Shown here in pieces: positions 22,731-34,925 of a stretch of 64,000 bases of DNA. The stretch is from Trichosphaerium sp. ATCC 40318. Taxonomy: Eukaryota; Protista; Tubulinea. The first letter of the stretch is position 1, and the number at the start of each line of letters is the position of its first letter. The position numbers were made by a program, and so were the translations under genes. The notes below the pieces were generated by a model. The model worked only from the letters and a program-made list of their open reading frames with translations, was not told the DNA's origin and did no database searches. The stretch is taken from NCBI GenBank assembly GCA_038496445.1, contig JALMLS010000334.1:124001-188000 (forward strand). Direction: 5' to 3'.

Positions 22731-24576
22731 ATGACAACGTTTCTACAATTGGTCTTCATATTGTCGTGTCTACTATTAGTGGGTGGTGTATTCAACACGA
22801 ACGGGTTTCGTGAAGAAGGCGTCGGTATCCCAGTGAGCGGTGCAGACGCATGTTATTGCGAAGGAGGTGCTTTTGGATATGAAGCTATCGCTATTTCTGA
22901 TGGAGGTACGTTGTTTGAAAAAAAACCTTTTTTGTTCTTCTACGTTCACCTTATTGACTGATTAAATAGGTGCTGGATGTATTGGTGGTTGTGGAGGAGT
23001 AAGTGTTTGCTAGAAATGTTAACAACCGTCTTTTTTGGTTGTTTTGTACCACAACAGCAACAATACGCTTTGTATCATCGCTAAATGTGTTTTTTTTAGT
23101 CCCCTTTTGAGTTTCACGCAAATGGTACCACTGTCGAGCGTATTGACGTATGGCCTAAATGCGGCGCTCACGGTGGCTTGCGTGCTATCAAAGTAACGCT
23201 ATTCAACGGTATGAGCAAAACGGTACGTTCTTTTTTCAGTACATACTAAATAAAATCAAAAACCCAAACAATAAATTTTTTATCATTTCGAACTTCTCTT
23301 TTAAGCCATTCCCGCTTTGTGACTTGCTCAAATCAACATCCCAAAAACTCGCACCTTGATGCCAGTACGGAAAACGATTAACAGCACGAAGGGCATAGCA
23401 ACCCTTGAAGGGGGCGCTCTAGCGTAGGCTCTAACTCCGTGGTCTACTTTTGTTAACTTTCCAATTGTAAATACTAATTTTGTGCCAATAGTTCGGACAA
23501 CCCGTATGCTCTACTTCAAATAGCTTCACTTTCAAACCAGGTACGATATTCTCTTAACACGTGTTAGCAAAGCTTATAATTTAAAAGGTGAGTACTTGGT
23601 TGGTGACTTGATTCTCGCCGGAGATGGTATCGGTACACGAACCGGATACATTGAAGTACGAACTGTTCTCTTTTTTCTTGTGGAAAAAAACTCGTTTCTC
23701 AAAGTCGTTATTTTGACGCTCTCTTCTCGCTATAGTTTACAACCAACTTGAAAAGAACATTCAAGAGCGGAGAACCACATACTTTGTATCACTTTCCTGT
23801 ACAGAGTGGATTCTTAACTGGATTTTTTGGACGAAGTGGAGATGACATTGATCACTTAGGATTCTATGTTATCAAACCAATTCAGTCAACTTCTTTGACA
23901 AGTATGCAATACCCTACATTAGCTTCACTTGAAACTGGTTTGAATCCAGTGGAAGTAGCAAAATACAGTTTCTGTAATGACGAGTCCATTAAGCAGTCGT
24001 ACTCTGAAACATTCAAAAAAACTGTGGTACGTGTAACACGTTTTTTGGATAAAAAGAGTGGTGGTATTTTTGGAAATACCAAAAAAGTCTTCGGGGTTTT
24101 TTTTTAATGTTGTTCTAGGGTAGCGACCACTGCTGGTCTGTTACCGCTGGACTTTCCATTGAAGATGACGTCACTGTAACCGCAGGTGTACCTGAAGTTG
24201 AATCTGTAAAAGACGAATTCAAGTGGACCGTCAGTGTTTCGGTAAGGTTTTTTTGAAATTAGTAATTTTATTCATCTTACTTTGTTTGTAGACAACTTTC
24301 AGTGGATGTGAACATCAATCATCAGAGACAGACTCCACAGTGACCATAATAGGAGAACCAAAACATATAACGAAAGCAACATTCACCCAATGGGCGTCTA
24401 AACTAAACCTGCCATTCACTGCAGTGCTCACTTTGCACTTGAAAGACGGAAAAGATTTCAGGTTTTCAACACATGGTGTTTATGAAGGTATTTACGTCAC
24501 TCAAGTCAATGAATCTCTTGATGGTAGAGCTCTAAAGCATGACGAAAGATGTAATACCACTATGAGCATAGCTTAG
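22731..24576 (+). CDS. Secreted jacalin-lectin / aerolysin-type beta-pore-forming protein (Dln1/Aep1 natterin-like)
   Basis: Signal peptide; IGGCGGSPF, FKPGE, GDGIGTRTGYIEFTTN, GFFGRSGDDIDHLGF (jacalin); YPTL, VTAGVPEV, LPFTAVL...GVYEGIY (aerolysin/ETX-MTX2). Confidence 0.88.
23351..23451 (+). ncRNA. Candidate ~100-nt intronic structured RNA
   Basis: GC-rich island in the unusually long intron 23223-23491; hairpins AAGGG/CCCTT and GTAGGCT/GGTCTAC immediately followed by TTTT. Confidence 0.4.
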
Positions 24577-24659
24577 TGTTCTAAATAAAATTTCTATTCG
24601 CTACCACTCCTGATTTAATAGACCATCAATATTCCATTCGTGACATTACTCAAAAGAAA

Positions 24660-25420
24660 CATGATTTAGTCAAATCACATTGGGTCTGTAAGCTTTGGCT
24701 GGAGTACCGGCCATAAAATTGAATACTACAAAAGTGTTTCTGCTTTAGCAATGTTGAGGACAGACTCAAGCAGGCAATTTTGCGTCTCATAATACCAACC
24801 CTTCAGACTATGTCGTTTTAATTAAATCGACATGAACTAACAACTGGGATCGATGTGTATATTGTTGCTGCTTTCTTGCAGTTCCGTAAAACTGATCTTC
24901 TAGCTTTAAATAAGGGGTTTAACACAAACACGAACATTTGCATACTTTCTTCGGGTTGAGGGAAAGATAGCGAGTTGGACAATTAAGAGTGAAGATTTAT
25001 TTATCAGAGGTACTTTGTTCAAGCTACCACTGGAAGAGAATCACCTGTCGACCCAATCTTATTGGCTGATAATCACCTTTCAAAATTACAAGCCAGTGTG
25101 CAGGTTCAAACAAGCATTTTTAAACATAGTAAAATTACATTAACCTGAAGAACAGTAGTCCCATTTTATCCGCAACATTAAACAACCCACTGTAGTCGCT
25201 AGGCTTTGAATTCTTTTTGCAGAATGTTGGATTTAAAACCTTTGTGGCTTGTAAATTGTAGAGCTCTAGCATATAATGTGCTGCAGCAGAAGAAGCGAGT
25301 GAGTTCATATCAACTAGTTTCACTGAAAGACAGGATTCTTAAGAAGAATTTGCTTAGTTTGGAAAGTGCACAAACAAGGAGCATCACGGCCAATAACTGA
25401 ACGTACGAGTACTTGATGTA
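24660..25420 (-). pseudogene. Decayed gene relic, family not recognised
   Basis: Exon-like blocks bounded by GT/AG intron-like segments but with stops in all frames. Confidence 0.3.
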
Positions 25421-25543
25421 GACTAAAAATAATATTTGCAGTAGAAATAAATGAGTGGAAATGTAACGTTGTTGTAGCTGTGAATCAGTCAAGTTATTGA
25501 TTGGGTGTTTTTTTTAAGATGTTGTATTTAGATTGCACTTCAC

Positions 25544-27096
25544 TTACAATGCAGCTTTTGTTTTACTGACATACATTACTTGATTTGCAGACCAAGTTTC
25601 ACCTGGTTTTACTGTAACTTTATCGTCATTTACAACACCAGTCTCAACACAGACGTATTTCTATCAAACAAAAAAATATTAGACAAACAGTTTGAAAATA
25701 AAAAGCCACCACGAAGGCATACCGTCCAGTCATCCAAATCAGACATGCCTGCTGCTTTTTCTGGACCAATATTCCATACTACAGCATCAGGAAATCCAGT
25801 CTTCTCAACAACAATAGTGTCTTTAGCAGTCTAGAAAACTTGTCAATGTTTTCGTGGTAACATAAGCAATTAAAAGTGTTTTATGTTGTGGTTAAAGAAC
25901 GTACTACTACAGCGAGTCTATTTGGAGCATTAAAGTATTTTCTATCAACCTCTGAACCAAACACTACGTTTTCTCTATCTTCAACACCAGGCTTTCCAGT
26001 AGCTTTCGAGAAAAACTTGACACCTTTAAACACAATGTTGGTACACCAAAAAAAAACCTTTGGTATAAAATGTTTACCTTTCAAGCCTGATACTGTTGCT
26101 TTTGAAGTTTCTGGTACACTGTAATACGTATGTAGAGCAGTGGTAAATGTAAAGGCATCCTTTTCGTTCTTGTTTGTAACCTGCAGAAGGAAAAAATTAG
26201 AAAACTTTGGCTGAAATTAAAAACAAGTAGTTCATCTTTTTCTTACAGTTAACGTCTGACGTAATCGTGTCGTTCCATCTTCAACGTATAGATCTACTTT
26301 AACGAGTGTTTCGAATTTATTATCCCATTGTTTTCTTATTTCATCAGTATCTACAAGGCGTAGAGTGGCAGACACTATAACTTGTTACTAATCACGTGAA
26401 AAAAAAAAAAAAGAACCCCAACGCACCAGCGCTACCTTCTTTAACGTTGGCTGCAACACACTGCCATAATGATTTACGACTAATATACAATGTTAAGAAT
26501 GGTATGAAGACATTCACGAATACAATAGTCGTACGCAAACCCTACAAAGCATTAAAAATGGTAAAGTAGAAAAATCTGATGTGAGAAAAATAAACGGTTG
26601 ACGTCAGAAAAAAATGTCCGCATCTCACGAAAAGCGTACCATGGTTTCCTAGAGATCCCATACCTCCAAATTGAGGCCAACAAACAGGTATGCCACCTCT
26701 AATTGCCTGTCCTGGTCCAAACTTTGCTTTTTTGCTTTACACAGTTAGTATAGAGCGTTGGTATGCGTTTGGGAGCCAATTTATTTGTATTTGGTCTGTT
26801 TGAACGTTGTTTAGTTTGTACCTCAACATAATCAATTCTCTACCTTGCTCGTTGCGAAAGGACGTGACGTGAGCTCCTTGTAGGTATATTTCAGCTTGAG
26901 CGCCGTTGTCGTGCTTCAAAACAATTTTTTTCATGCCGTTAATGCCTATTTGCGCGGTTAGACCTGTTATCAAGTACAACGTCTTCTCACCACTAACTGT
27001 AGGACTGTCCATGTTATATAATACAGTAATGAGTGCTAGTACAACACTACCAACGAGAAAAATGTGGTCAATGTAACCTGTTGTTGACTTGAACAT
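25544..27096 (-). CDS. D-hexose-6-phosphate mutarotase / aldose 1-epimerase family protein
   Basis: AEIYLQGAHVTSF, AIRGGIPVCWPQFG...HGFAR, FTTALHTY, FPDAVVWN, YVCVE; alternative start near 27012. Confidence 0.9.
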
Positions 27097-27329
27097 ATTT
27101 TTTTTTTGGACATTTTTTTTAAAGCCAACAAACTTGACAGGTGTCACAATCTTGTTTTGAGGTAAACTTGCTAATATAGGCCTCTACCCAATACTGCTAC
27201 TCTGAATATTGTTAAAACGTTGAACGAGTACCAGTTGATTGATATGGGAGCGGGAAAACTAAGATTCTTTGTGCTCACTGTGGACAACAGTCTTGTTGAG
27301 TAAAAATAAAATAACGAACCGTTTAAAAC

Positions 27330-30049
27330 ATGTGGAAGACTCCTGGTCCATTGATCGCTGGTGCCGCTGGTGCTGCTGTATTGGCAGGAGCGTATTTACT
27401 GTCAGGGAGTACAAAGGAAAAGCCAAATACGCGAAAATTTTCTAGCGCTAATCTAAAGGATTCGTACGACTTTATAGTCGTTGGTGCAGGCGCTGGGGGT
27501 TGTGTGGTAGCTTCTAAACTGGCTCAAGCCAAAACGTACGAAAAAACGTGAAGTTGCCATATGAGCGTTGTTCGCGGTTAAACTCGTACCACGTTCAAGT
27601 ATTTAGCAAATAACGGCGAATTAGGAAGTCAGGCGAGCATTTCAGCGTGTTATTAATTGAAGCTGGTACAGAGAGCCACGACGACAGGAGAACAAGATAC
27701 GAGTATGGTCATTGGGTAGGATTATTCCAAACGGGTTTGTACAAAAAAACGGATAAATCTTTATCCGTTTAAACTTGTATTTTCTTACTTTTCTCTTGTA
27801 GATATTGACTGGGCATACCATTATGAGAGACAGAAAGGCCTCGATAATAGATACATGGAAGCCAACAGGTACGTCCTTGATGATTAGAAGAGAAAGGAGA
27901 CTGTCCATTGGAAAAAACGTGATAATTTCAGAGGTCACTGATTGACGCTTTTGTAGAGGTCGTACACTTGGTGGAAGTACTGCTGTTAATGGATGTATGT
28001 GGGTACTTGGACACAAGGAGGATTATAACAATTGGGAAAAGATGGGTGCTGAAGGATGGAACTGGAAAACGCTACAACCGTATTTCCAGTCTTTGGAGGT
28101 AACATCTATTTTCCCTTAACGATAAATCTCATCATTTACACTCTTAAAGAGCTACCCAGAGGGTGATCCTGAAGTGAGAGGTATGTAAATCTTTTTTGCG
28201 GTTTAAGGGTACTAATGAAGGTTATCGCAGGCCATGACGGACCTATTAAGATTGATGTACCTACAACAAACTGTAGACTTGTTTGTGATTGGATAACATC
28301 AATGAGTAAAAATGGTTTTAATGTTAAAGGTGATTATAACGATGGTGATAACTATGGTGCCTTTCATACACAAGTGAGTATTTCTAATAACCACCATTTA
28401 CTGATAATACAATCAAAAAAGCAAAATGTACGAGGGCAAATAAGACATGACGCTTTTTCTTCGTTCATTGAACCGATACTTGACAGTACGTTTGTGGCTT
28501 TTTTAGTTTGTCTTTGTACTGATATCAATCCATCACAGCGCACCCAAATCTTACTGTTGTAAGTTGTGCTACGACATACAAAGTAATATTTAAGGATAAA
28601 GTTGCCAAAGCCGTTCAGTTCTTTGCAGATGGAAAGTTACACGTCATCAATGTAAAAAATGAAATCGTGTTAAGTGGTACTAAAACTATAAAAAACAACC
28701 AAAGTATTACTTTGTTGACGTTTTATTTAAGCTGGAGCAACTGGAAGTCCTCAAATACTAATGCATTCTGGTATTGGAGATGCCGATAATCTTAAAAAAT
28801 ATGGTGTAGAGGTGATAGTAGACAACCCATCAGTCGGTGAGTCCTTTTTTTTTTAAAGCACTTTCAATCAATTAATTCTAACTTCCTACATCAGGTTCCA
28901 ATTTCATTGACCATATTTCTACAAGTTTGGGATTTAGGTTACATAACGAGGCGCCTTGTTCCTTGCTAGGATCTGGTCTTGCTGGTACAGCATTTGGAGA
29001 CTCTACATGGGCGAAGAAAAACCAAAAGCTGGGTTGCCCAGACATGCAATATTGCTTCACTGCAGGTCCTATTTTTCAAAGTGCTTTTAATAGCGTGCTG
29101 ACAAGAAATATTGTACCTTTCTATCCACGTGATACAATGTTGGGTACGTTATGTTCTCGTTCTTTTGTTAAAAAACGTTTAACTTCTGTCTTATCTTTCT
29201 TGCTAATCTCTTCCTAGGTAAGTTGTATAGAAGCTTCGTAAACTACTTTGAGGGCATTGGTACGTTTTTATTGTTTTACCTGCAGTTTTGGCTTTTTTTT
29301 TTACCCACGTGGGATTGGGCTCTGACCTTTGTTTGGAACCTTTCTTATTTTTTTCTTAGGTTGTCCTGGAGGCTCTTTACACGCTGCTGCCAATAAAATA
29401 TTGACTATTGGTGTGGTTTTGAATCATCCAAGTGGTATAGGAAATATGAGACTTCGATCACGTGATCCAAGAGTACCACTAAAAATGAACGCTAAAATGG
29501 ACAATCAAGAAGGTATAAAAAAATGAAAACATGGTAAGGTTTTTCTTTGTTAACCACCTTTCTAGATCTTGATAGGTTGAATGAAGGTTTAAATGATATG
29601 ATTAAAGTACTTAACACTGAGCCTATAGCATCACATGTTGAAACTATATTACAACCGCAAGGTCCTGGAGATAACATGGATTACATTAGGTAATGGTTTT
29701 TTTTTAGTTACTACAGTTAACTTTATGAAATAACACGTGCATAGAAAAAAAAGTTACGCAATTTGGCACCCTGTTGGCACATGTACGTGTGTTATTCTAA
29801 AACTATTATTTATTCGACGGTAGGTAAGATGGGAGAAGCAGACGATGCTGTAGTAGATTCTAAACTCAGAGTGAAGGTACGGATTTTTTGTATAAATGTA
29901 GTTCGTTATTTATGCTTGATTAGAGCGTTTCTGGGATTCGCGTTATGGATGCGTCTTGTATGCCATATATTGTAAGTGGTAACACGCAAGTTGCGTCGTA
30001 TTTGATAGCTGCAAGAGGAGTAGATTTAATGTTACAAGACTACTTATAA
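27330..30049 (+). CDS. GMC oxidoreductase (choline/alcohol dehydrogenase-like) with an N-terminal hydrophobic anchor
   Basis: YDFIVVGAGAGGCVVASKL, GRTLGGSTAVNG, AGATGSPQILMHSGIG, WHPVGT, VVDSKLRV, GIRVMDAS...SGNT. Confidence 0.92.
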
Positions 30050-30237
30050 TAAACACAAAAGGCGTTAACGCTTTATCAATAGAATAGCAACTAAACGTGC
30101 ACAATCAAATACAAAGTTTGACCTGAAATAGTGCCATCTCATGAACACTTTAGATAGTACGCATGCTCTCTAAATGCAGGTGGAACAAGTATGACGACTT
30201 TGAAGTGTATAACACAACGCATTTTTTAGAAAGTGTT

Positions 30238-30663
30238 TTATTTACCTATTACAACTTTGTCTTGTGGTTTTTTGCAACCAACCTCGTTCTCCTGCATACT
30301 AAATGGCTTGATGTGCGCAATGCCGAGATCATGGTCTTGGTGTGCATCAAAGATTGTCTTTTTAATTTCAGTTTGTAGCGTGTACACCCAGTAATTATGA
30401 GTCGCATTAACGGAGTAATCACTTCCAACTTTTAAGTTGTACTCAGAATTGTCGAAAATATTAGAAAAGTAAATACTTGCAATAGTTCCATCGTAGTCGT
30501 TACGAGCGACGCCAATTTGGTTGTTTGTTATTGTACTGTGGCTAATCTCAAACCCTTCGTAGGTGGCTTGTACACCTTGTTGGTTGTTCGCAATGATACA
30601 GTTAGAGATGAGACCTCTACCGCCCTTCAGAGCCACATTGTTCCGAAAAAGTGCATTCATCAA
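30238..30663 (-). pseudogene. Right-handed parallel beta-helix protein fragment
   Basis: ISNCIIANNQQGV, ISHSTITNNQIGV, SNIFDNSEYNL, NATHNYW; no convincing N-terminus. Confidence 0.5.
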
Positions 30664-31324
30664 AAGATACGTCGAATTTCACTTGGTAAGTTTAATCAAG
30701 TTTGTCGTCCAAAACATGTTGTACAATGGACAAGACTTTTCTGTTTGTTATCACTTGGTACCACTGTGGATATTGCTTTCATTTGGTTATCACGTGCTTA
30801 CTGACAAGTATCAATATCAATAGTGTTTATTCTTGACATTCAAACAAGAGTAAACTGGCAGCTTTCTAACGTTGCTGCCAAAAGGGATAGATTTTAGCCG
30901 AAATTTTGTACGTAAGGCATGTTTAATCCACTTTAGACCTACAGTGTAACCTATTGCGCGATCAAGTGATTAAGTGAAACGGATAATTATTTAGGACTAG
31001 AAGTTTTCCCGTAGATTGGGTAGCGACGAAATCGCTTTATTTTACTTCCGCCACGTGAACATAAAAATAATCAGCTGTTTTCGTCACGGAAGTCGGCAGT
31101 TTTGGGCCATTTTCTCCAGAAAACTACAAACTCACCTTTTGGTCTTTTATAACATGCTATACAGTATTAGGTGAAAAGATACGTGTAATAGCGAGTAGAA
31201 ACGGGGAAACAGTTTGTGTAAAAAAAAATAAATTTGATAAAAAAAATAAGAGACTGATCATTCATTATTCAACAACATCAATCCCTAAAACAACAGCTCA
31301 ACAACAAACAGAAAAAACCATAAA

Positions 31325-32252
31325 ATGGATATCCTTGCATCTCTCAGAAACGCAGCAGACAAAGCCGAAGTCACTGATGATCAAAAAACTCAAATCAATG
31401 CCATACTAAAAGATGCTCTTGCAGATGCCGAAAAACATATGCCAGAAGCTGTCAAAATGCTTGAAGGTTAACTAAAAGAAATACCACCATATCCACTTGT
31501 GTTTTATTGACGCCTTTTCTTTCTCTAGAGGTCAAAGCTATCGCTGGTGCAAAGAAAATTGGATGGAAAGTAAAATTGTTAAAGAGGAAGGTTCAAATGG
31601 ACAAAGCCAGAGAAGTAAGTTATCCCTAAAACACTACGATAGGACTCAAATTAAATTGTTAGGCTTCAGACGCTCGTAAAGAGAAAATACTAGACAAAAT
31701 CGAAGATATTCTCACTGTCAAACAACGTGTGCGTGTTTTTATCTTGTACCAAACTAAAATACGGTTTACTAACACGTGTTGCGTATAGGCAAAACTTGTC
31801 ATTTGCATTGGCGACCAAATACGCGATAAAAAAGACGCTGGTCCATCTGGTGTTATGATAAATGCTATTAAAGCTGTTGAGTCCGAGTTAGAGCTAAAAG
31901 AGAAGCAACAAAAGAAGAAAGATAAATTCTTGGAGGTACTGAAAAAAAACCAACTTAATAAATTCGGCCTAACAGTTTCTTTCAGTTTGTTTCTGCGAAG
32001 CAGACAGAAGCCCGTGATCGCTTTGCTCCTGTGATGGCTTCTCTCAAAGAAGCAGTTGAGAAGGATGACATGGCTACTGCTGAAGAAATCCTTGGAAAGA
32101 TCAAGGCGTCTATGAAGGACATGAAGAAAAATCGTAAAGTTGTCATGGATGAAATGAAATCAACCTTTGAGCCAGAGCAAATGGCTATTATCATGCTCCA
32201 CCTCATGACCAAGCGACAAGGAAACATGAAAACAGCCCTTGCTGCTATTTGA
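31325..32252 (+). CDS. Alpha-helical protein with two Spy/CpxP (LTxxQ)-like halves
   Basis: Five exons splice in frame; VTDDQKTQINAIL ... KIEDILTVKQRAKL; LELKEKQ ... EMKSTFEPEQMAI. Gene is solid, family assignment tentative. Confidence 0.7.
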
Positions 32253-32674
32253 GGACGTATGTACCATCCCAAAAAAAAGTTAATAAACAACAGTTAGTGA
32301 AAATCTAGCAAATCTAGGGTGTAGGTGCTGCTTGGGACATTGTGGTTTTTCAAGCCTGGAAGTGCAGTGTTTTTAACAATGTACAATATTCTATTTCCAG
32401 TAAACCGTTAAAGAAGTGAAGTCACTCTTACACTGTGTTGACCCATCTGGATTCCACCTACTTCAGTTTTTAACAGTGGCACCAACTTGAGCTGGAGGGT
32501 CCTACTGTTGACACTGCCCATGTAAGCTGTAATATAGTTTAAAAAAAAACTGACAGAATATGTTTAATGTCGAACTTCATGAGTAAAAACAGTAACAAAA
32601 GTGATTAACAAATTTGATTTGAATATTCAATGTTTTAAAACTTGGCCAAAAACAAAGAGAAAATTCATTTTATT

Positions 32675-33428
32675 CTAGTCCACCTGATCAGGTGTGAAAA
32701 TACGCTTATCTGGAATCATACTCTTTCTCTCTACGTCCCTTGGCAGTGCTTTATGCATATCTAAGCAATAAACGTTAAAAAAAAAAACTGGGATCTGGCG
32801 AGACGCACCATAAGCATCCTCTCGGCCAGAGTAATACTCCTTTACAACCCTATACACTATATAGCCAAACTTTTTATACATATCTATCGCAACGTTGTTG
32901 GATTTACGGACATACAAGTCGACAAAGTAGGTATTGTATCTAATGACTGTTTTAAGCTGTATTTGATCGTGTTAAATAGCGTACATCTTCTCTGATACGT
33001 CTTCGAGCAAGTCCATTAATCTTCCAGCAAGTCCCAAGCGTCCTGTATTTGTTTAGTTATATTTTAGTTTAGAAACGTTTTGTACGGTATTCTGGCGCTA
33101 CGGTAACAGCTGTGACGTGACCATGCAGGGTTTTCTTCTTTCCCTCTTCTGCTTTACCAAAAACTATTCGTACGTGAGCTCTCACGCGTCAAAGAGATTT
33201 TTACTGTACCATAACCCATCATTCTACCATCTGCAGAGCGTATTGCATAATTATAGTCTGGCCATGTTGTAAAATACTGTAGATAGAACGGGAGGTAATA
33301 CTAATACATTAAGCTACTATTTTAAACAAATTTGAAACAAATTAGCGTACAGTTTCTGTCAAAGGATCCAAGTTTACATTATTAAACTCAAGGAGGTCCT
33401 TGCATGAAAATCTGGTTGCGATTGTCAT
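32675..33428 (-). CDS. NAA20: N-alpha-acetyltransferase 20 (NatB catalytic subunit)
   Basis: FNNVNLDPLTETY...FYLQY...WPDY, HGHVTAVTVAPEYRRLGLA, FVDLYVRKSN, EDAYDM.KALPRD. Confidence 0.95.
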
Positions 33429-33549
33429 AGTCTACCGAATAAAAATTATAAGCGTTTGAAATTACACGACATTTCCTTAACGCATCTTTCTGTGATTAAA
33501 CAACGGTACCTACAAATAAAGCGTATACTGTAATTAATCAAAGGAAAAG

Positions 33550-34774
33550 ATGAGTAAACCACAGATTGTTCGTTTCAAGTCTGGGAAGACAGTTTTTGAG
33601 ATCCTCACAAAGCCTGGAAGCGTCCTTCAATACCGTGAGAAGAAAATTACAATAAAAGACGTCCTTGTTGATGCTACTGTACGTAATACGCCAAAAACGT
33701 AAAATAACACCGTAATAGATATGGAAAAACGCTAGCAAGGCCGAGAGAGCAAGTGAAGATGAGCTTAGGTAACTTTCTTAGCGTTTCCCTTATAACTTCG
33801 TTTTTTGTCCATTAAACCCTTCACCAGCGCAAGTTTTGGCACAACCGACTCCACTAAAGTCGCTGAAACAATTGTAGACAAAGGCACATTGCAAGTGTCT
33901 GCAAAAGAACGTAAAGAAGCAATGGATAAAAAGAAAAAAGAAATTGGTACGTATAGGATCAGAAAATACTTCCAGTTCTTGTACTCCACGTGGAAACCAA
34001 AAACGGAAAAAACGAAAAAAAAAATTCAACTTTTTTGTTTTACTCTCCAAGTGCTCTTATCTTACATGGATTATTAGTAAACTACATCCATAAGTACTAC
34101 CTTGATCCAAAGACAAAAGCTCCACATCCAGTATCACGTATTGAGAGCGCATTGAGCAGTGTAAAAAAGGTAAAGTTCCGTCAGTTAGTTTTTTACTTTA
34201 TATTTTTTTTAAACGCCTTGTCTGACCTCCTATCAATTCAGTTCAGCATTGATCCAGATGCTCCAACAGACAGACAGGTCCAAGATCTTGCCAAAGCACT
34301 TGTGGGCATCCTAGCTATCAAAAAGGCTGAAATGCAAGCTACTATTTCAGGTATTGCATTATCGTTTTGCTTGTGTTTGTTAATGTTGTTTTTAGTCAAA
34401 CATGCCGCTGTTGGCCAGGTTTCTGGTATTGTTCATCAATATTGCACAGTTAATAAAGAAAACTACACTGCAAGTGGATGTACGTACCTGCAAAGCCTTT
34501 TACCTTTTCGGGTTACTCAAAAAAAATTGTACTGAGTACATATTTAGGCGAGTGGTCTGTTACGCTTGTTCCAGGCGACTACGAATCGCTCAACTCAATG
34601 CTTGTAAAGGTAACAAAAGGTGACTACTCATTTGACGTAGTCGGCCAAGAAAAGCTAAAAGTACGTCTGTAGTTCGCGTATACGCATGAAGGTGAAGTAC
34701 TAACCGCAATCGTGTAGGAAGTTGCACCAAAACAACGAGGTGGACGTAAAGGAAAGAAAAGAGGCAAACGTTAG
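33550..34774 (+). CDS. SBDS/Sdo1-family ribosome maturation factor-like protein
   Basis: VRFKSGKTVFEI, GTLQVSAKERKE, DPKTKAPHPVSRIESAL, LVPGDY; basic tail. Confidence 0.88.
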
Positions 34775-34925
34775 GTTGCAAAAAAAACATTAATAACTGT
34801 ACTGAGTATTGTATTTTCGCGTAATTGAGAGTCACGAAAACTAATTCCGAAATAAACTTAAGTAACAATTAAGTTCCTAAAAAAGAGAAGTCTAAGTTTA
34901 CTCTACTTACTTACAACTACATTCA

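Noticed and set aside
23351-23451. U6/U6atac snRNA or tRNA call
   Set aside because: Invariant ACAGAGA/AAGGAGAGA box, T-loop and cloverleaf are absent
32300-32582. Small secreted-protein-like reading on the minus strand
   Set aside because: Stops in all frames and no recognisable family; at best a relic
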